Shown here in pieces: positions 61,042 to 64,000 of a DNA stretch of 64,000 nt. The translations under genes and the position numbers were made by a program. This DNA comes from an uncultured Candidatus Saccharibacteria bacterium. GTDB lineage: Bacteria; Patescibacteriota; Saccharimonadia; Saccharimonadales; CAYLGV01. The notes under the pieces are model-generated. The model did not search any database and was not told the DNA's origin. It saw only the letters and a list, made by a program, of their open reading frames with translations. Every line of letters starts with the position of its first letter. Within the stretch, counting starts at the first letter, position 1. The stretch lies in the NCBI GenBank assembly GCA_964383395.1, contig CAYLGV010000001.1, positions 4,031 through 68,030 of the forward strand, in the 5' to 3' direction.

Positions 61042-61539
61042 TCAAGAACTAATCGCTCCGAGAATGAATGGCATGGAAGGAACGTATTTGTCGGGATTTT
61101 TCTCGACATCGTCTCTTAGCTCATCTAGATGAATCCATTTGACCACCTGTACTTCTTCGGGTTGGGGTACAAATTGTTCAGCAGACCAATCGCATAGCCC
61201 AAAGTACCATTGCACGAATGACTTGCGAGGTGTCTCGAACTTCATTTTCGGTCCCGGGCTGAGTGTTATGCCCTTTAGCCCAATCTCTTCCTCGGCTTCT
61301 TTGTAGGCATTTGACTCATATGTCTCACCTTCTTCAAGTGTGCCGGCTGCCGCTGGGCCCCACTTGCCAGGATCTTTATCTTTTGTGAGTAATCGCTGGG
61401 CAATTAGAACCTCACCTTTCGAGTTTGTTAACCATAACGCTGAAACCCTATAGATGTCTTTCTTGAAATCGATATCTGGGCGTAGCTTGTAGGCGACTAT
61501 CTCGTCATCGTCGTTTACAACTTGGTAAAGGTTGCTCAT
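61042..61539 (-). CDS. NUDIX hydrolase
   Basis: GTLEEGETYESNAYKEAEEEIGL. Confidence 0.8.
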   Translation of the reverse strand: MSNLYQVVNDDDEIVAYKLRPDIDFKKDIYRVSALWLTNSKGEVLIAQRLLTKDKDPGKWGPAAAGTLEEGETYESNAYKEAEEEIGLKGITLSPGPKMKFETPRKSFVQWYFGLCDWSAEQFVPQPEEVQVVKWIHLDELRDDVEKNPDKYVPSMPFILGAISS

Positions 61540-61577
61540 GACTACATCATATCAAAGCCATAGGCTATACTAGATAT

Positions 61578-62624
61578 ATGAAAGCAAAAGCATACGCCGT
61601 ACCAGCAATAGATAAGCCTTTAGAGTATTACGAATTTGACCGTCGTGAGCCCACTGAGACTGACGTGGAGCTAGAAGTCCATTACTGTGGTATCTGTCAC
61701 AGTGATATACATACTGCCCGTGGAGACTGGGGCCAGGTTGAATACCCCTGTATTCCAGGTCACGAGATAGTCGGAATTGTTACTCGCGTAGGAAGTGCAG
61801 TTACTGCATTCAAACCTGGTGATAGGGTTGGCGTAGGCTGTATGGTTAATAGTTGTGGTACTTGTGAGGCGTGTAAGCGTGGCTATGAGAATAGCTGTTA
61901 TAAAGAGACTATTTGGACATATAGTTCAAAAGACCCAGTTGACGGTACTGATACCAAAGGTGGCTATTCAACCATTATGGTGGCCCCAGAACACTTTGTG
62001 TTATCGCTTCCAGAATCATTAAACATGGCAGCTGCAGCGCCATTACTTTGTGCTGGCATCACTACTTATTCACCGCTCAAGAATTGGAAGGTAGGTAAAG
62101 GCTCTAAGGTTGGGATTATTGGGCTTGGTGGCCTAGGACATATGGGCGTTAAGTACGCTAAATCATTCGGCGCTGAAGTATGGGTAATCACGTCTTCACC
62201 AGGAAAAGTTGACGCTGCGAAATCCTACGGCGTTGATGGGGTGATTGTTTCTTCATCAGAAGCAGATATGGCCTCGGCAGCGCACAAGTTCGATTTCTTG
62301 CTAGATACTATTCCAAAGGCACATGACCTTTCCCCGTATATGCAGTTATTAAATGTGCATGGAACCATTTGTTTGGTTGGGCCAATAGAGCCAATGCCAG
62401 GTTATCATTCGGGTGACGTAATCGGTGGTCAAAAATCTATTGCAGGGTCTGGAATCGGCGGTATTAAAGAAACTCAGGAAATGCTTGAGTACAGTGCTGA
62501 GCATGGCATTCTACCCGAAATAGAGATTATTGATATAAAGGACGTAAATAAGGCTTGGGATGCTTTGCTGAACAAGCAGATGGCCAAGCGCTACGCTATT
62601 GATATGAAGAAGTCGTTTTCTTAA
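61578..62624 (+). CDS. Zinc-dependent NAD(P) alcohol dehydrogenase (cinnamyl-alcohol DH-like)
   Basis: GICHSDIH, structural-zinc Cys cluster CGTCEACK, and GLGGLGH. TATACT lies 6 nt before the ATG. Confidence 0.85.
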   Translation: MKAKAYAVPAIDKPLEYYEFDRREPTETDVELEVHYCGICHSDIHTARGDWGQVEYPCIPGHEIVGIVTRVGSAVTAFKPGDRVGVGCMVNSCGTCEACKRGYENSCYKETIWTYSSKDPVDGTDTKGGYSTIMVAPEHFVLSLPESLNMAAAAPLLCAGITTYSPLKNWKVGKGSKVGIIGLGGLGHMGVKYAKSFGAEVWVITSSPGKVDAAKSYGVDGVIVSSSEADMASAAHKFDFLLDTIPKAHDLSPYMQLLNVHGTICLVGPIEPMPGYHSGDVIGGQKSIAGSGIGGIKETQEMLEYSAEHGILPEIEIIDIKDVNKAWDALLNKQMAKRYAIDMKKSFS

Positions 62625-63301
62625 GCAGTTTTCGATAACGCTTGTTCGATCTTTTCTAGAATGTTTCCGCCGAAATTATAAAGTCGTTGCTTGTATGCCT
62701 CATCAAATGACGCTTCAATTTCTTCATAACTAACACTAGCTGCTTCTGGGGTGTTAGCTATAGCGCTGAAACGAGTAGCTGCCCCTTCGGATAAGAAACG
62801 TGGGTCAATAAAGAAGTCAGCGTATGCACGCTCCGCATGCTCTAAGTACACTTCACTTTTTGTTAACCATGATTCGATGATATTACACCTCAACCTTGCA
62901 ACTTGTTCGCCCTCGAAGATTGTAGGTGCTAGGCTCAGCGGCCAGCCGCGTGGCGAAAAAGTTGTCCCATATCCAAAGTCAATCAGGCTTACGTTTGGGG
63001 CCATATCAATAGCCTCGTTTAGGGCTATTGTCGCGTAATAAGAACTTATTTCTTTGTCATAATGAATAACTGCTAGATCAAGATCTGAATCAAGTCTTGC
63101 ATAGCCTTTAATACGGCTACCAAAAGGAACTAACGCAACACCTGACATATCAGGCAGGCTGGCAGCAGTCTCACGAACGGTGTCCAATAATCCCTCGGTT
63201 TGCTGCTGAACACCCTGTTCCAGACCTAGTGTAGCCCAAAATTCCGACTGTATATTCTCGCATGCTTCCCGTAGGGGTATTCTGCTTGGGCCGGCTGTCA
63301 T
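62621..63301 (-). CDS. Nucleotidyltransferase-domain protein
   Basis: FGSRIKGYARLDSDLDLAV (GS...DxD). Confidence 0.6.
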   Translation of the reverse strand: MTAGPSRIPLREACENIQSEFWATLGLEQGVQQQTEGLLDTVRETAASLPDMSGVALVPFGSRIKGYARLDSDLDLAVIHYDKEISSYYATIALNEAIDMAPNVSLIDFGYGTTFSPRGWPLSLAPTIFEGEQVARLRCNIIESWLTKSEVYLEHAERAYADFFIDPRFLSEGAATRFSAIANTPEAASVSYEEIEASFDEAYKQRLYNFGGNILEKIEQALSKTA

Positions 63302-63476
63302 AAAAAGGCATATCCGCTAGAAAAGAAACGTATCTCTTGAGTCAGCAGGTGCATCCCAATCTCTCTACACGGCTGCGCGGATTTCATCAGATGATAAGTA
63401 TATGATTCGGGAGAAGTAGTCTCTGTTTTAACAGACCTCATTTATAAACAATACCATATAAATACAAATATGTAAA

Positions 63477-63914
63477 TTATATCTTCTGATAAATAACCTT
63501 AGATAATTGTGTTTTATCGGAAGTGGGATGCAGCTTTGCTCGTAACAATTCATTTTTGCTAAACCAATCCCATTTTGTGCCTCTATCTGCTTGCTTGAGT
63601 GAATCTCCCGAAAGGGTGGCTTTTATGAAGAAATTCATGCGAGGAATGGCATTTACAACGTTTCCGATGTTGTAGTGTACAACATTATAATTTGATGAGA
63701 TTGCTTCTGTGGATAAGCCTAGTTCTTCGTGCAACTCTCTAATCAGTGCAGATTCAATTGTTTCACCATGATTAACGCCGCCGCCAGGTAGAGCCCACCA
63801 ATCATCCGTCTCTTCTTTAATTAAGAGTACTTTATTAGCATGAATAATAATCACACGTACTGCAACACGGTACAAGCAATCATCTATCTTATTTAATCGG
63901 GGGTCTATGAGCAT
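63477..63914 (-). CDS. NUDIX hydrolase
   Basis: GGGVNHGETIESALIRELHEELGL. Confidence 0.8.
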   Translation of the reverse strand: MLIDPRLNKIDDCLYRVAVRVIIIHANKVLLIKEETDDWWALPGGGVNHGETIESALIRELHEELGLSTEAISSNYNVVHYNIGNVVNAIPRMNFFIKATLSGDSLKQADRGTKWDWFSKNELLRAKLHPTSDKTQLSKVIYQKI

Positions 63915-64000
63915 ATTTTAATAATACCATTGTCTACAAATCACCTCTGTGTTTTAAGAGGTATTCGTTAACATTTCTTTGCCCTTATTGACATATTATT

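Noticed and set aside
1-64000. Alternative genetic code (UGA recoding, as in some candidate phyla), or CRISPR arrays.
   Set aside because: Long conserved genes (trpB, gltX, crtI, the RND transporter) read through without in-frame TGA, and several genes end in TGA. I saw no short direct repeats with regular spacers on either strand.

Overview
This is a gene-dense 64-kb chromosomal window with about 85 protein genes and 3 tRNAs (Glu-CUC, Leu-CAA, Ser-GGA). It uses the standard genetic code and I saw no CRISPR array, rRNA, transposase or integrase. The content is type IV pilins, a sortase, PEGA and DUF3048 envelope proteins, MacB-type ABC and RND transporters, two histidine-kinase systems and many small NUDIX, nucleotidyltransferase, P-loop kinase and salvage-type enzymes, with very little biosynthesis. 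That profile fits a reduced-genome monoderm, possibly Patescibacteria/Saccharibacteria-like, but this is a low-confidence inference. The main observations are below.

1. **Tryptophan salvage module (2775-6925).** It runs trpR-like, leader peptide, terminator, two unknown ORFs, trpB, trpA, trpS. The 22-codon leader ORF (MTNLHIRQQNTWWNSRYIWESI) carries tandem Trp codons and sits before mutually exclusive antiterminator and terminator hairpins. Three CTAG boxes at exact 8-bp spacing overlap the trpR-like promoter.
2. **Modular accessory stretch next to tRNA-Glu (1296-7010).** Three copies of a ~90-nt repeat (M1-M3) bound the cargo modules, together with repeated fragments of the tRNA 3' end. The repeat also shows compensatory hairpin changes.
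3. **Carotenoid operon (38343-42733).** Six translationally coupled genes, crtB-crtI-crtYc/Yd-like-UbiA prenyltransferase-idi, have the layout of actinobacterial C50 carotenoid clusters.
4. **umuDC-type operon (12969-15318).** Its UmuD homolog starts near the UmuD' position and has lost both catalytic dyad residues.
5. **Leaderless-type promoters.** At least nine genes show TAnnnT followed 6-8 nt later by ATG.
6. **Smaller items.** These are a tandem pilin duplication, a Doc toxin with a 33-codon upstream ORF, and a ~118-nt imperfect palindrome between convergent genes.
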